This document shows positions 1-12,500 of a stretch of 64,000 nt of DNA, piece by piece; positions within the stretch are counted from its first letter, which is position 1; every line of letters begins with the position of its first letter. This DNA is from Squalus acanthias (lineage: Eukaryota). Position numbers and translations under genes: made by a program. The notes beneath the pieces are model-generated. The model did not search any database. It was not told the origin of the DNA and saw nothing but the letters and a program-made list of their open reading frames with translations. The stretch is taken from the NCBI GenBank assembly GCA_030390025.1, contig CM059432.1, forward strand, positions 69,380,001-69,444,000. The letters run 5' to 3'.

Positions 1-145
1 TTCACTTAGGAACCGCCCCCTTTTCAATTCACGAAGTGCCGGTTTCCCGCGCATGCGCAGTGCATGCAGGAAACCGGCAATTCGGGATCTAATACGCGAG
101 AGTACACAGTGCGTACTCTCGCGTATTAGGTTTAATTTTCGGGCC
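1..145. mobile_element. Right end of a Harbinger-type MITE (twin-hairpin family H), cut by the window edge
   Basis: Ends in aattttcgggcc (141-145 gggcc) and carries the same two hairpins as the end of the 657-1423 element (ccggtttcc..gcatgc gcagt gcatgc..ggaaaccgg, then ..gagtac acagtgc gtactc..). Confidence 0.7.
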
Positions 146-656
146 AATGATGCAAATTACAAATTGTGTTGAGTGAAAAAGGTGTCCAATCAGCATCACA
201 AAATAACTAATTTGTTTCTGAAAATACTCTTTAATTATACAATAAATTCATAGAATCAAAACCACCTGCAATCTATTCTCAAATAATTAATGTCAGACAT
301 CTTAATTAGCTTAATAATTTCCCCTTTGGTCACTTAAAATTTTCTAAATCCCTTCATTGCAATCATATGCAGAATTGTTCCATAAACACCACAAGATACA
401 AGCTTGTTACACCTTCCAGTGAATCACTAAACTATTCTGCAACAATGTAATATCTCTCAGAGCTTTTATTTAACATTTTGGTGAATTTTGTGAGAAATGG
501 AACTCTTTTTGTGTTAACATAGAGCATTCCCAGTGCTTTCAGAACCTTTCATTAATGTCATTTCACTGTTAACTGTGATAGCAATTGGCAATGGCACTGA
601 AGTTTGAAGCAAAATAACATTGAATAATGGCTGTTGAAAAGAAACAAGAAGCTAAT

Positions 657-1423
657 GGGCCAGAAATTTGGTTTTCCGGCTTCCTGCGGGTGCAAGCATC
701 GCGCACGTACTTACCTACCGAGCCTGCCGTTGTGTTTTGGGCCCATGAGAACTTCGGGTCCTGGGCCTCCTCCAGCTGCCGGCGCGCAGTGCTTGCGTGT
801 CCCAGGGGCGCAGTTAGTTCGAAGTGTCCCCTGGGATCACGTGGGCCATGCATGGAGAGCCAATCCTAGCAGGCCATTTTCATTCATCGATTTGACAGGA
901 AGACCTGTCAAATCTATGAATTGAAATCGGCCCCAAAACAACACCTAAACTTCAAATAAATTTAACAAAAAACATCACATTTTTAAAATAACTATAAGTT
1001 AAATAAATTAACTACTTTAAACAAAAATTTAAATTTTTGAAAAAATTGAAATACTTTTTAACGGTGCTAAAAATAAACTTACCTTTCTTTAAAGTATCTA
1101 AAAAAGATAAACCTGTTGAAAATTTTTTAAATTGTAATTAATTAACCACTTACCTTGTTAAAAACGGGTCTTGCGCCTTCTTTTTAAAAGCGCAGCTTCT
1201 TCCATACTTACCTTCCCGGAGAAATCTGAAAAAAAAATGAAGTTCGCTGCGTGCGCGCAGCCTCTCTCGCGCACGCGGTTCACCTCTGAACCCCTCCCTT
1301 CACGAGACCGGAAGTTCCGGTTTCCCGCGCATGCGCAGTGCATGCAGGAAACCGGCACTTCAAGTGGCCTTACGGGTGAGTACACAGCGCGTACTCACCC
1401 GACAAGCGCCAAATTTCTGGGCC
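657..1423. mobile_element. PIF/Harbinger-type MITE, family H
   Basis: TIRs gggccagaaatttgg (657-671) and ccaaatttctgggcc (1409-1423), 14/15 match. GC-rich arms around an AT-rich centre. Homologous in reverse orientation to 6444-7983 and 59548-60290. Confidence 0.8.
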
Positions 1424-2639
1424 ATATATGTGTTTACCATTTTAAGACCTGTTCCACAGTGTTCAACCTATTTAACCATAATGTTGATGAATTCATATTT
1501 TTTATTTCACATTTATACTTTATATGCATTATAAATCAGACGATGTGGAGTAGAATTTTAAAGTTATCTAATTAGAATGTTACAGCAATGAAACAACAAC
1601 AATTTGCATTTATATGACATCTTTAACGTAGTAAAAATGTCCCAAGGGTAGTTAAAATCAAGGCCAATAGCTTTAATCTTCTCAATGCTTAGGTAGAGGA
1701 AATCACTTGAATTAATTGAATACAAGCCTGTGTGTTTAAGAAATGGTAATAATATTACTTGATACTGCTACAGTCAGGAATGGATGGACAGCATGGCCCA
1801 GATTTAGGTCTGTTTTCATGATTTCTTGGCTGAAAGCGATCAGTTTGCTTCTCCAGGTGCAGCAATAATGCACAACCCCTTTCAAGAAAAGTACACCTCC
1901 TGCTGTCTAAACCACAGAACAGCCTCATCTTGTGGCTGTTGAAGGTTATTATAGAGATTAGCGTCTAGGCCTCATAGATGAATGAAATTGAGATATGGCA
2001 AAAATAGCGGCTTAGATTTTCTGCTCAGCTGTTAGGCCAGCAGAAGTGCAGCGAGACAGAAATTCTGCTGCTTGCAGGATGCATCAGTCCCCACTGATTT
2101 TATGGGGTCATTCAGTGTTATTTGAATAAGTTGGTGAGAACTAGGGAGTCCATCTGGAGGAGGGAGGAAAATGGCTACGTGTAGCAATGCCTTGTGTGCT
2201 GCCTGGAGAATTGGAAATATATTGTCACTTTTTTTGATGCACCTTTGCCTGTGCAATTGATTACATGGGCTTTTTGGCTTTTAAAATTTAAATGGCTCCT
2301 CTCCCACCAGTAGTAACCTGGGTGCCAGGGACCAAGAGGCCTCTCTTGTGCCCAGCACTAAGTCGCAAATGACAGGAAGTATGGTGTATAATATGCCCGC
2401 CCATATTTGGGTGGATGTAGTATCCACCCAATGTCATTCTGGTGAAAAATGTTGAAAGTGACACGGGTGAATGAGTTTCTGCTGGAGTTACGCTGGATTC
2501 TCAGCATAACTCCAGTGAAAATTTTTCATCTTTTCTATAAGAGAAAAGGTTGGATATTTGGAGCATTCACTATATTAGCTGATAAAATAAATCAGTTTTC
2601 ATGTTTTTCTCCTTTTCACACAATTTTCTCTCAGATTTC

Positions 2640-2940
2640 TTCCTTCCTCCCCTGCTGAAGGCACGGACTCCTTGATGGATGCAATTCCACAGGTACAAGT
2701 CAGCCTCTAATAGCTTGTCCATGTGACCATTCTTCATCAGAGCTATGACAGGGAGTTTGCACAGGCCATTCAACTGCTGGGAGCATCATAGCCAAGCCCA
2801 ATCATATCCACATGATGTTCACTCATTGGCACTTTCCAGCAGTGGTCAACTTTTGCCAATTTTCCCTTCTTAATCCAGGGGAGCTAAGATCAATTGTAGT
2901 GCCTCTACTCTTGTCCTGGCTGAGATCTGCTAATTCAGGT
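2640..2940 (-). mobile_element. Decayed AmnSINE2-like SINE fragment
   Basis: Shares the motifs ctgaaggca..actc, cattcttca and cctggctgagatc.gcta with the copy at 27895-28295. Family name is from memory of the consensus. Confidence 0.45.
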
Positions 2941-2984
2941 CCATTTTCCTTTTATTTTTGTTTAAATATACTATTGTTGTTTAT

Positions 2985-5706
2985 ACTTATTGCAGGGTAT
3001 AACATATTTAGAAAAGATAGAGTGGGGAAAAAGGGGAGGTGGAATAGCTGTACTTATTAGGGATAACATAATTGTAGTAGAAAAAAGTGATGCAGCTGTC
3101 AGCAAGGCAAAAATATGGATAGAGATAAAAGATAATAAAGGATCAATCAATCAATAGGTGCAGTCTACAGACCACCTAATCGTGGAAGGGAGGTGGAGGA
3201 AGAAATATGCAGACAAGTTAGGGAAATGAGTAAAAAACAGAGAATAATAATCATGGGGAATTTCAACCACCCCGATATTAATTGGACAGAAGCAATAGGT
3301 AAAGGGGATAAGGGAATGGAGTTCCTACAATGTGTACAGGACTCCTTTCTAACCCAACATGTAAAAAGCCCAACAAGGGAGAATTCACTATTGTATCTAG
3401 TAATGGGGAATGAACCAGAGCAGATAAGAGAAGTAAAAGTAGGGGAACATCTAGGCAATAGTGACCATAATATAATATGCTTTAAGATGATAAATGAGAA
3501 GGGCATAAGTATGATGAAAATCAGGTTAATAGATTGGAGTAAAGCAGATTTTTTAGAGGCTGAGAATAGAACTTGGGAAAATAAAATGGGCAATAATATT
3601 GGCAAACAACGATGTAGAACAGCAATGGAAAACATTTAAAACAGTGTTCAACAGAGTGCAGGAACAATATATTCAGCTAAAAGGAAAGAACAAACTAAAC
3701 ACCAATGAGACTCCATGGATGAATCAAGCCATAAGGGAACAATTGAGGGTAAGGAAAGAGGCATACATTAAGTACATGGACAGCAGGGGAGTACACGATA
3801 AGGGAGAACACGAAAGATTAGGAGAGAAGTCAAAAAACAATTAGGAAGGCAAAGAGGAACTATGAAATTAAATTATCAAGGAACATAAAACAAAATAGTA
3901 AAATATTTTACAGGCACATCAATAAAAAAAGGAAGGTTGGGATGGGAATAGGGCCATTAAGGGGTATACAGGATAATACCACAAGTAATGATAGAGAGAT
4001 GGCAGAAATATTAAATAGTTATTTTGCTTCAGTATTTACCAGGGAGATAGAACAGGTGGACAGGACATTGGATAATAAGATTAGCAATGAGATAAGTGCA
4101 TTTAAAATAAAAAGAGGATATATTAAATAAACTAATCAAACTCAAAGAGGATAAAGCCCCTGGTCTGGATGGATTACATCCACGCATTTTAAAAGAATCA
4201 AGGGAAGAGATAGCAGAGGCATTACTACGCATATTTAATAATTCATTAAAAAAAGGTGTAGTGCCAGAGGACTGGTGGATAGCTAACGTAATAACTATAT
4301 TCAAGAAGGGGGATAGAACATGTCCAGGGAATTATAGACCAGTCAGCTTAACATCAGTGGTAGGAAAAATAATGGAATCCCTACTAAAGGAGAAAATATA
4401 AGAACAAGTCAAAAACAAAAATGTAATAATGAATAGTCAGCATGGATTTCAAAAGGGAAAGTCTTGTTTGACCAATCTCATTGAATTCTTTGAAGAGGTA
4501 AAAAGAGAGTAGACAATGGTAATACAGTAGATGTAATTTATCTAGATTTTCAAAAGGCCTTCGATAACGTACCCCATAATAGACTGATGAACAAGGTCAG
4601 AGAATGCAGAGTCAGGGGACAAGTAGCAGAATGGATTGCTAGCTGGCTTCAAGACAGAAAGCAGAGAGTAGAGGTAAAGGGTAGCTATTCAGAGTGGCAG
4701 AAGGTGGGTAGTGGTGTTCCACAAGGATCAGTGCTGGGACCACTGTTGTTCACAATTTACATTAACGATTTAGACTTTGGAATCAAAAGCACAATTTCTA
4801 AATTTGCGGATGACACCAAATTGGAAGTGATAGTCAATACTGAGGAGGACTGCAACAAATTACAGGAGGACATTAATAAACTTGCAGAATGGGCATATAC
4901 TTCATAAATGTGAGGTATTACATTTTGGTAGGAAGAATAGGGAGGTCACTTCTTACTTGGAGTGTGTGAGTCTGGGTGAGGTAGAGGAACAAAGGGATCT
5001 CGGAGTACAAAAACACAAATCACTAAAAGTTGCGCCACAGGTTGGCAAGGCCATAAAAAAAGCAAACCAAGCACTAGGGGTTATTTCTAGAGGGATAGAA
5101 TTGAAAAGTAGGGAAGTTATGCTAAGCCTGTATTGAACCTTGGTTAGACCACTGCATAGTTCTGGTCGCCATATTATCAAAAGGATATAGAGGCACTAGA
5201 GAGGGGGCAGAGAAGATTTACAAGGATGATACCAGAAATGCGAGGGCATACATATCAGGAAAGGATGAACAGGCTGGGTCTCTTTTCTCTTGAAAAAAGG
5301 TTGAGGGATGACCTAATAGAGGTCTTTAAAATTATGAAAGGTTTTGATAGAGTGGATACAGAGAGAATGTTTCCACTTGTGGGGAAGAGCATAACTAGAG
5401 GCCATCAATATAAGATAGTCACCAAGAAATCCAATCGGGAATTCAGAAGAAACTTCTTTACCCAAAGAGTGGTGAGAATGTGGAACTCACTACCACAGGA
5501 AGTGGTTGAAGCGAATAGTATAGATGCATTTAAGGGGCTGTTAGACAAGCATATGAGGGAGAAGGGAATAGAGGGTTATGCTGACAGAGTTAGATGAGGA
5601 AAGACGGGAGGAGGCTCGAGTGGAGCATAAACGCCGGCATGGACTGGTTGGGCTGAATGGCCTGTTTCTGTGCTGTATATCCTATGTATGTAATCCTATG
5701 TATGTA
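2985..5706 (+). mobile_element. CR1 LINE, 5'-truncated; disrupted ORF2 (AP endonuclease plus reverse transcriptase)
   Basis: ORF fragments GYNIFRKDR, IMGNFNHPDINW, HLGNSDHNII, GVPQGSVLGPLLFTIYIND, SKFADDTK, RRNFFTQRVVRMWNSLP. Short tandem (cctatgta..) 3' tail at about 5680-5706. Confidence 0.95.
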
Positions 5707-6443
5707 CTTCCATGCTGTCATGCTTTTGCTGAACAAGCAGATTAGTCTCGGTTGTGACTGGAGAACGGCTGTGAAGAGTCTTTCTGGTGATTTTTCTTCC
5801 CCTCAAAATGAATCAGTCTGACCAGCATCCTGTCTGAGAATCAGCAAGAATATCCATAGAGGATAAGTATGTTTGAATGTCAGTTGAAGCTACAAATACA
5901 CAGTTTTTGTGATAATTTTTAGTCTGAAATATACATACAAATGAAGTGGCCTCAGGAGCAGTGTGATACCACTTTTTATAGCTCTCATTTTAATTGTCAT
6001 AAGGTGCACCACATGAGCACGTGATATCTTGCTAACAGCAGTCTTCTTCATTTAAATTTGAGAATTATGGAATTGACAAAAAAGGATCCTAAAACACAGA
6101 AGGTTAAATATGTGAAAATGCTGTGATAAAAATAATAATGAACGAAAACAATAATTTCATGTGCTGCATTTGAACACTCAATGCTACAAATATGTATAAA
6201 TTGATTCCGATGTGATTTCAAGCTGCTGTTACAATACCAACAATGCGAAAAAAGAATTATTCCCTGCACCATAATATTAGGAACAATTAAAGCGGAAGGG
6301 AAGTCTAGAGAAGTTGAGTTGATATTTCTCCAACCTTTATAAAAACTAATATCTATAATTAACCAAAGCTGCATGTGTGGATATGCATCCACCTATACCC
6401 CACCACACTCCACATACATATTTATACTTTTATATATACTATT

Positions 6444-7983
6444 GGTGCAGAAATTCCGATCCCTACGGGTGTGTATGCGCTGTGTACTCACCCGTAGGGA
6501 CATCGGAAATGACAGTTTCAGGCATGCACTGCGCATGCGCTGGAAACTGGCATTTCCGATCTGTCAAAAAAGCTCTTGACAGATCCTCCAGCTGCCCGGG
6601 AGAAGGGCCTCTGCGGGCAGAGAGTTCCGCTTTTTGGAGACCCTCTGCCCACAGAAAACACTTACAATTCTTGCGCCTGGTAAAAGCAGGCGTAAGGGCT
6701 GCTTTTACCAGGATAAGAGTTGATTTATCATTTAAAAATACTTTAAAGAAAGGTAAGTTTATTTTTAGCCCCGTTAAAAACTTTAATTATTCTTTTCAAA
6801 AAATAAATTTTTTGTTTAAAATACTGAGGGGGAAAAATTCAGTTGGTTGCACCTCCCGTTAGCGCCTTAAGAGGGCGCTAATGGGGCGCAAAGCATCTAG
6901 CGCCCAGGCGCGGCGAAGTTTGCGCCACTCGCGAAATTAACTAGACATTTTGCGGCGGCGCTAAACACTACCGCCACGATCTCCTGCTCCGGCAGATCAT
7001 GACATCACTCGAGTGCGCAACGCCCCGGTATCGCCCCGGAGCGGATATTGAGTGGCGCCCCCTGCCTTACCGCCTGACGCTAGCAACGACAGGTTGAGGG
7101 GAGCGTTCTGCAGTCATGAAGGGAAAGGGGGAGCGCTATTTAAAGGTGACCGCTTCCTGCCTTTTATTGTTGGTGCCATTTTTGAACTACGCATTCTGAG
7201 AGAGAGAGGGAGAGACTTCTGGAGAGATTCAACGTTGTGTGAAGGAGTTTTGGGTACTGAGCAGCACTTTGCAGGTTCATTTTGATTTGCCATTCCTTGT
7301 ATCGATTTAGCAGAGATTGTGGGGGCTTTACTCTGAGCTCTTTGCCTGGTACTCTCAATTGTTCTTTCCAGCACATTTGATGTGCAGGTCTCTCCAGGCC
7401 GAGATTCAAGGCTGCAATGAGCAGGATGTGGATGGAAAGCAAGATTAACCATCCCCTTTAAGAACTGGCCCGTGCCATTGTGTGTGTGTTCCATTGCTGA
7501 CTGACATTACATGAGCTTCGCCAGCGCTCTGAGGTAGCGCCTCGCTCCTCAGCCTTTGCGCCTTAAGACAGGTGTGAAGCGCCTGATATAGCGCTGCAAT
7601 CACCTCCAGGGGCGATAAAAGTCAAGTTTGCAGTCGGTGGCGATAATTAGCGCCAATCTTTGCGCCCGGCCGATAATTGCGCCCCAAATGGGGCGATACT
7701 GAATTTCTCCCCCCTAATTTATTGTAATTTAAAGTCATTTTAAAAATGTGATTTAAAAAAAAAAATTATTTAAAGTTTTACTATGTTTTGGGGGTGATCT
7801 CTATTAATATATTTGACAGGTCACCCGCCTGCGAACCGCCTGTGACTCTGGGATACGTGGGCACTGCGCACCGGCAGTTTGGAGAGGCCCAGCAGCGGAA
7901 CTCTGCGCCTCCGGTCTTGGCGCAGATTTTTCCAGATCGCAGCCCTCCGCCCGCGGGAGGCCTGCGATCGGAATATCTGGGCC
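6444..7983. mobile_element. Harbinger-type MITE family H, interrupted by a nested MITE
   Basis: Termini ggtgcagaaattcc and ggaatatctgggcc. Colinear with the uninterrupted copy 59548-60290 apart from the 6828-7713 insertion and a deletion near 7820. Flanks att/ata. Confidence 0.85.
6828..7713. mobile_element. Harbinger-type MITE family K (about 890 bp), nested in a family H element
   Basis: TIRs gggggaaaaattcag and ctgaatttctccccc. The empty site atac-tta-att is visible in the sister host copy near 59940-59949. Near-identical to 58474-59367. Confidence 0.9.
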
Positions 7984-9559
7984 ATAATATTTATTTGCCA
8001 AATATTGTAAAAGTATGATTGTATGGACATTCTTTCATAGCCAGCCAAAGAGATGACACATTTTCCTGTTTATAAGCAATGTCTGAATATTTTTAAAATT
8101 TCTAATATTGATTCAATCCAAACTGCCGCTAATACATGAGCCTGGCATTTCAAATGTATTATTATTTTTCACTATTAAGGCAATTTTCATTTATTTTCTC
8201 ATTTCAACTCAGTCTGTAGCAAAAATGTATTTACGAGCAGGCAAGTTATGAGATCTATGACATTTTTCTCTTGACAGTTATTTTATACAAAAAATGTGAA
8301 ACTTTTTAAAATTCCATAATGATATGGTATTCCAAAATGAACGGCATGAAATTTACTTACCCTTCACTGAAATATACTTAACCCTGGGAGACTGCCTATA
8401 ATGCAGGACAAAGCATGAAACATGTTATTTTCCTTATTATATTAAGCTTTTCTTCGCAGGTTTTATAATTAATTTTCGCTTTCCCAGCCTCGTGCCCTGT
8501 AGATGATATAAATGAACATAAAACAATTTCTAAAAACATTTTGCAATCATATCCGTGACGAAATGTATTTTTTTCTTCAGCAGGTAATCATACAAGATTA
8601 ACGGTTGGCAAAATGATGTTTATATTTATATTAATTTACCTGAAGGCATTTGTACCATAATAATGCTTTTGCAGTTGATTGGCAAACTGTGAATGAAGCG
8701 GAAATTGTCCATCCTCACAAATAGAGTTTGCAGGGTTTATCTGCTTCCTGTAGGTGCACAGCAGCACTGCATTTCCTCCAGCAGGTGGATCACCGGACCA
8801 TTTCTTTCCTGGCTGTAAGCTACTTCCCTTGTCACTTAAACATGTGTGGGTATGTCTGGCGATAGCACAAGCAGTCTTTCAGCCTCAGCCATAGTCTTTC
8901 AGCTCGATATCGTCACTTTGTAGGAAAGCCAAGGGTGCAGCAGCTTGCATGTATTACTGCTTATGTTTTGTGGTGTCTCACGTGGGAATTCAATCATTCT
9001 ATCTGCTACAATTCAAAACATTTGTATAGTTTGTAATATGAAATAAAAGTTAAAATTGTTCTTCCTTATGAATCAGGCTAAGCCAACGCATTAGATAATT
9101 TTCAGGCATTAATATTCAATAACTCAATAACTGGCTGTTTTAAAAACAAAGGAAAAATCAAGGTCTGATATCAACAAATATCCATCGCTGCCTCCATTTA
9201 GTCTGATATGCTTCAGTAAATGGACACAGGAAAACAGGTACAGTTCTGTCCTTACTCTACATATGGCATTTTAGCAATCAGTAACACAGTCATGAGCAAA
9301 TATGTGGGTCCAGCATCTGTTGTTTCAAAACTGTTTATCGTACCAACAAAGCAAAGAGAATGCGGCCGGGCCTTGAGTATTCCATTATTGGTCACTGAGG
9401 CACAAAGGAAGCATCCAGGCCCTGAAAACAGTGCAGACAAATGCCAAAAGGCTGATCCCTAATGACTGAGTAATGAGGAAAACTGAGAGAAGCTCAAATT
9501 ATTTAAGCTAAATAGAAGGGGAGTGAGACAGGACCTTATGGAGGTATATAAGATACGAA

Positions 9560-12500
9560 GGGGGAAAAATTGGGTTGCTTTGTGCCCTGTTAGCGCCCTG
9601 AGGGGGCGTTATCAGGGCGCAAAGCACCTAGCGCCCGGGCGCGGCGCCACTAACGCATCCTGCAAAATTCAGCAGGAGGTTAGCGGCGACGGTCATTGCC
9701 GTCATTGCCGTGCGCAGCGCCCCACTTGTGCCCCGGCCGCAAACTTCGCTTGCGCCCCCTGACCTACCGCCAGACGCTATGTCCAACAGGGTCAGGGTGC
9801 CATGTTTGCGGCCAGGGCGGCGCAAATTAAAGGGCTGGTGCCAGACGGAATTTGTTTTTGGGCCGCCTGCCAGCACCTGCCCGCTCTGGCATCCCCTGCG
9901 GGGTGCCGTCCGTGATCGGTCAGCCCGGCACTCCCCTTGAGTGCCGGGCTCTTTTGCCGGCACCCCGCTCCCCGGTGGTCCAGCAGGGCCCCGGTGCGTC
10001 TGCGCTAGGCCCCTCCCCTTTAATCATAGAGTCATAGAGTTATACAGCACAGAAAGAGGCCCTTCGGCCCATCATGTCCGCGCCGGCCATCAAGCCCTGT
10101 CTATTCTAATCCCATTTTCCAGCACTTGGTCCGTAGCCTTGTATGCTATGGCGTTTCAAGTGCTCATCTAAATGCTTCTTGAATGTTGTGAGGGTTCGTG
10201 CCTCTACCACCCTTTCAGGCAGTGAGTTCCAGATTTCAACCACCCTCTGGGTGAAAAAGTTTTTCCTCAAATCCCCTCTAAACCTTCTGCCCCTTACCTT
10301 GAAACTATGCCCCCTGGCTATTGACCCCTCTACTAAGGGGAAAAGTTCCTTTCTATCTACCCTATCTATGCCCTTCATAATTTTGTACACCTCAATCAGG
10401 TCCCCCCTCAGCCTTCTCTGCTCTAAGGAAAACAACCCCAGCCTGTCCAGTCTCTCTTCATAGCTGAAGCGCTCCAGCCCAGGTAACATCCTGGTGAATC
10501 TCCTCTGCACCCTCTCCAATGCAATCACATCCCTCCTATAGTGTGGTGACCAGAACTGCACACAGTATTCCAGCTGTGGCCTAACGAGCATTTTGTACAG
10601 CTCCATCATAACCTCCCTGCTCTTATATTCTATTCCTCTGCTAATGAAGGCAAGTATCCCATATGCCTTTTTAGCCACCTTATCTACCTGTCCTGCTGCC
10701 TTCAGGGATCTATGTACATGCACACCAAGATCCCTCTGATCCTCTGTCCTTCCTAGGGTCCTACCATTCATTCCCTTGCCTTGTTAGTCCTCCCAAAATG
10801 CATCACCTCACACTTTTCAGGGTTAAATTCCATTTGCCACTGTTCTGCCCATCTAACCAATCCGTCTATATCGTCCTGTAGCCTGAGGCTTCCTTCCTCG
10901 CTTTTTACCACTCCACCAATTTTCATGTCATCTGCGAACTTACTGATCATACCTCCTACATTCATATCTAAATCATTAATGTACACTACAAACAGCAAGG
11001 GACCCAGCACCGATCCCTGCGGTACACCACTGGACACAGGCTTCCAGTCACAAAAACAACCTTCGACCATCACCCTCTGCCTCCTGCCACTAAGCCAATT
11101 TTGGATCCAATGTGCCAAATTGCCCTGGATCCCATGGGCTCTTACCTTCTTGACCAGTCTCTCATGTGGGACTTTGTCAAAAGCCTTACTGAAGTCCATG
11201 TAGACTACATCAACTGCACTACCCTCATCCACACATTTAGTCACCCCCTCGAAAAATTCAATCAAATTGGTTAGACATGATCTCCCCCTGACAAAGCCAT
11301 GTTGACTATCCTTGATTAATCCTGGTGGAGACTAATTCTGTCCCTCAGAATTTTTTCCAATAATTTCCCTACCACTGATGTTAGGCTCACTGGCCTGTAA
11401 TTCCCTGGTTTATCCCTACTACCCTTCTCGAATAATGGTACTACGGTAGCTGTTCTCCAGTCCTCTGGCACCTCCCCTGTGGCCAGAGAGGTTCTGAAAA
11501 TTTGTGTCAGAGCCCCTGCAATCCCCTCCCTTGCCTCACACAGCAGCCTGGGATACATCTCGTCTGGGCCTGGGGATTTATCCACTTTTAAGCCCGCTAA
11601 AACCGTTAGTACCTCCTCCCTCTCAATACTAATTTGTTCAAGTATATCACAATCCCCCTGCCTGATTTCTATGCCTACATCGTCCTTCTCCATAGTGAAC
11701 ACAGATGCAAAATATTCATTTAAAACCTCACCTACATCTTTCGGTTCTACACACAGATTGCCACTTTGGTCCCTAATGGGCCCTACTCTTTCCCTGGTTA
11801 TCCTCTTGCCCTTAATATACTTATAAAACACCTTGAGATTTTCCTTTATTTTGCCCGCCAGTGTTTTTTCATGCCCCCTCTTCGCTCTCCTAATTTATTT
11901 TTTAAGTACCCCCCTGCACTTTCTATACTCCTCCAGGGCTTCCACTGTTTTTAGTCCTTTGTATCTGCCAAAAGCCTCCCTTTCTTTCCTAATCCATTCT
12001 TGTATATCCCTTGACATCCAGGGTTCCCTGGGCTTGTTGGTCCCACCCTTTACGGGAACATGTTGCCATTGTACTCTCTCTATTTCCTTTCTGAAAGACT
12101 CCCATTGCTCTGATGTGGACTTTCCTACAAGTAGCTGATCCCAGTCCACTTTGGCCAGATCCTGCCTTATCATATTAAAATCGGCCTTCCCCCAATTTAG
12201 AACCTTTATTTCCGGTCCATCTTTGTCCTTTTCCATGACTACCTTAAATCTCACCGAATTATGGTCACTGTCACCAAAATGCTCTCCTACTGACACATCT
12301 ACCACTTGCCCGGCTACATTCCCTAGAATTAGGTCCAGTACCGCCCCATCTCTTGTAGGACTTTCTACATGCTGGCTCAAAAAGCTTTCCTGGATGCACT
12401 TTAAGAATTCCGCACCCTCTAAGCCTTTCACACTCTGACTATCTCAGTTAATATTGGGGAAGTTGAAATCCCCTACTATTATTACCCTATTTTTTCTACA

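Noticed and set aside
105..111. RAG heptamer CACAGTG in the hairpin loop
   Set aside because: No nonamer at 12/23 spacing, and other copies read cacagcg.
10143..12438. Plus-strand ORFs antisense to CR1 ORF2
   Set aside because: Shadow frames of the LINE coding strand.
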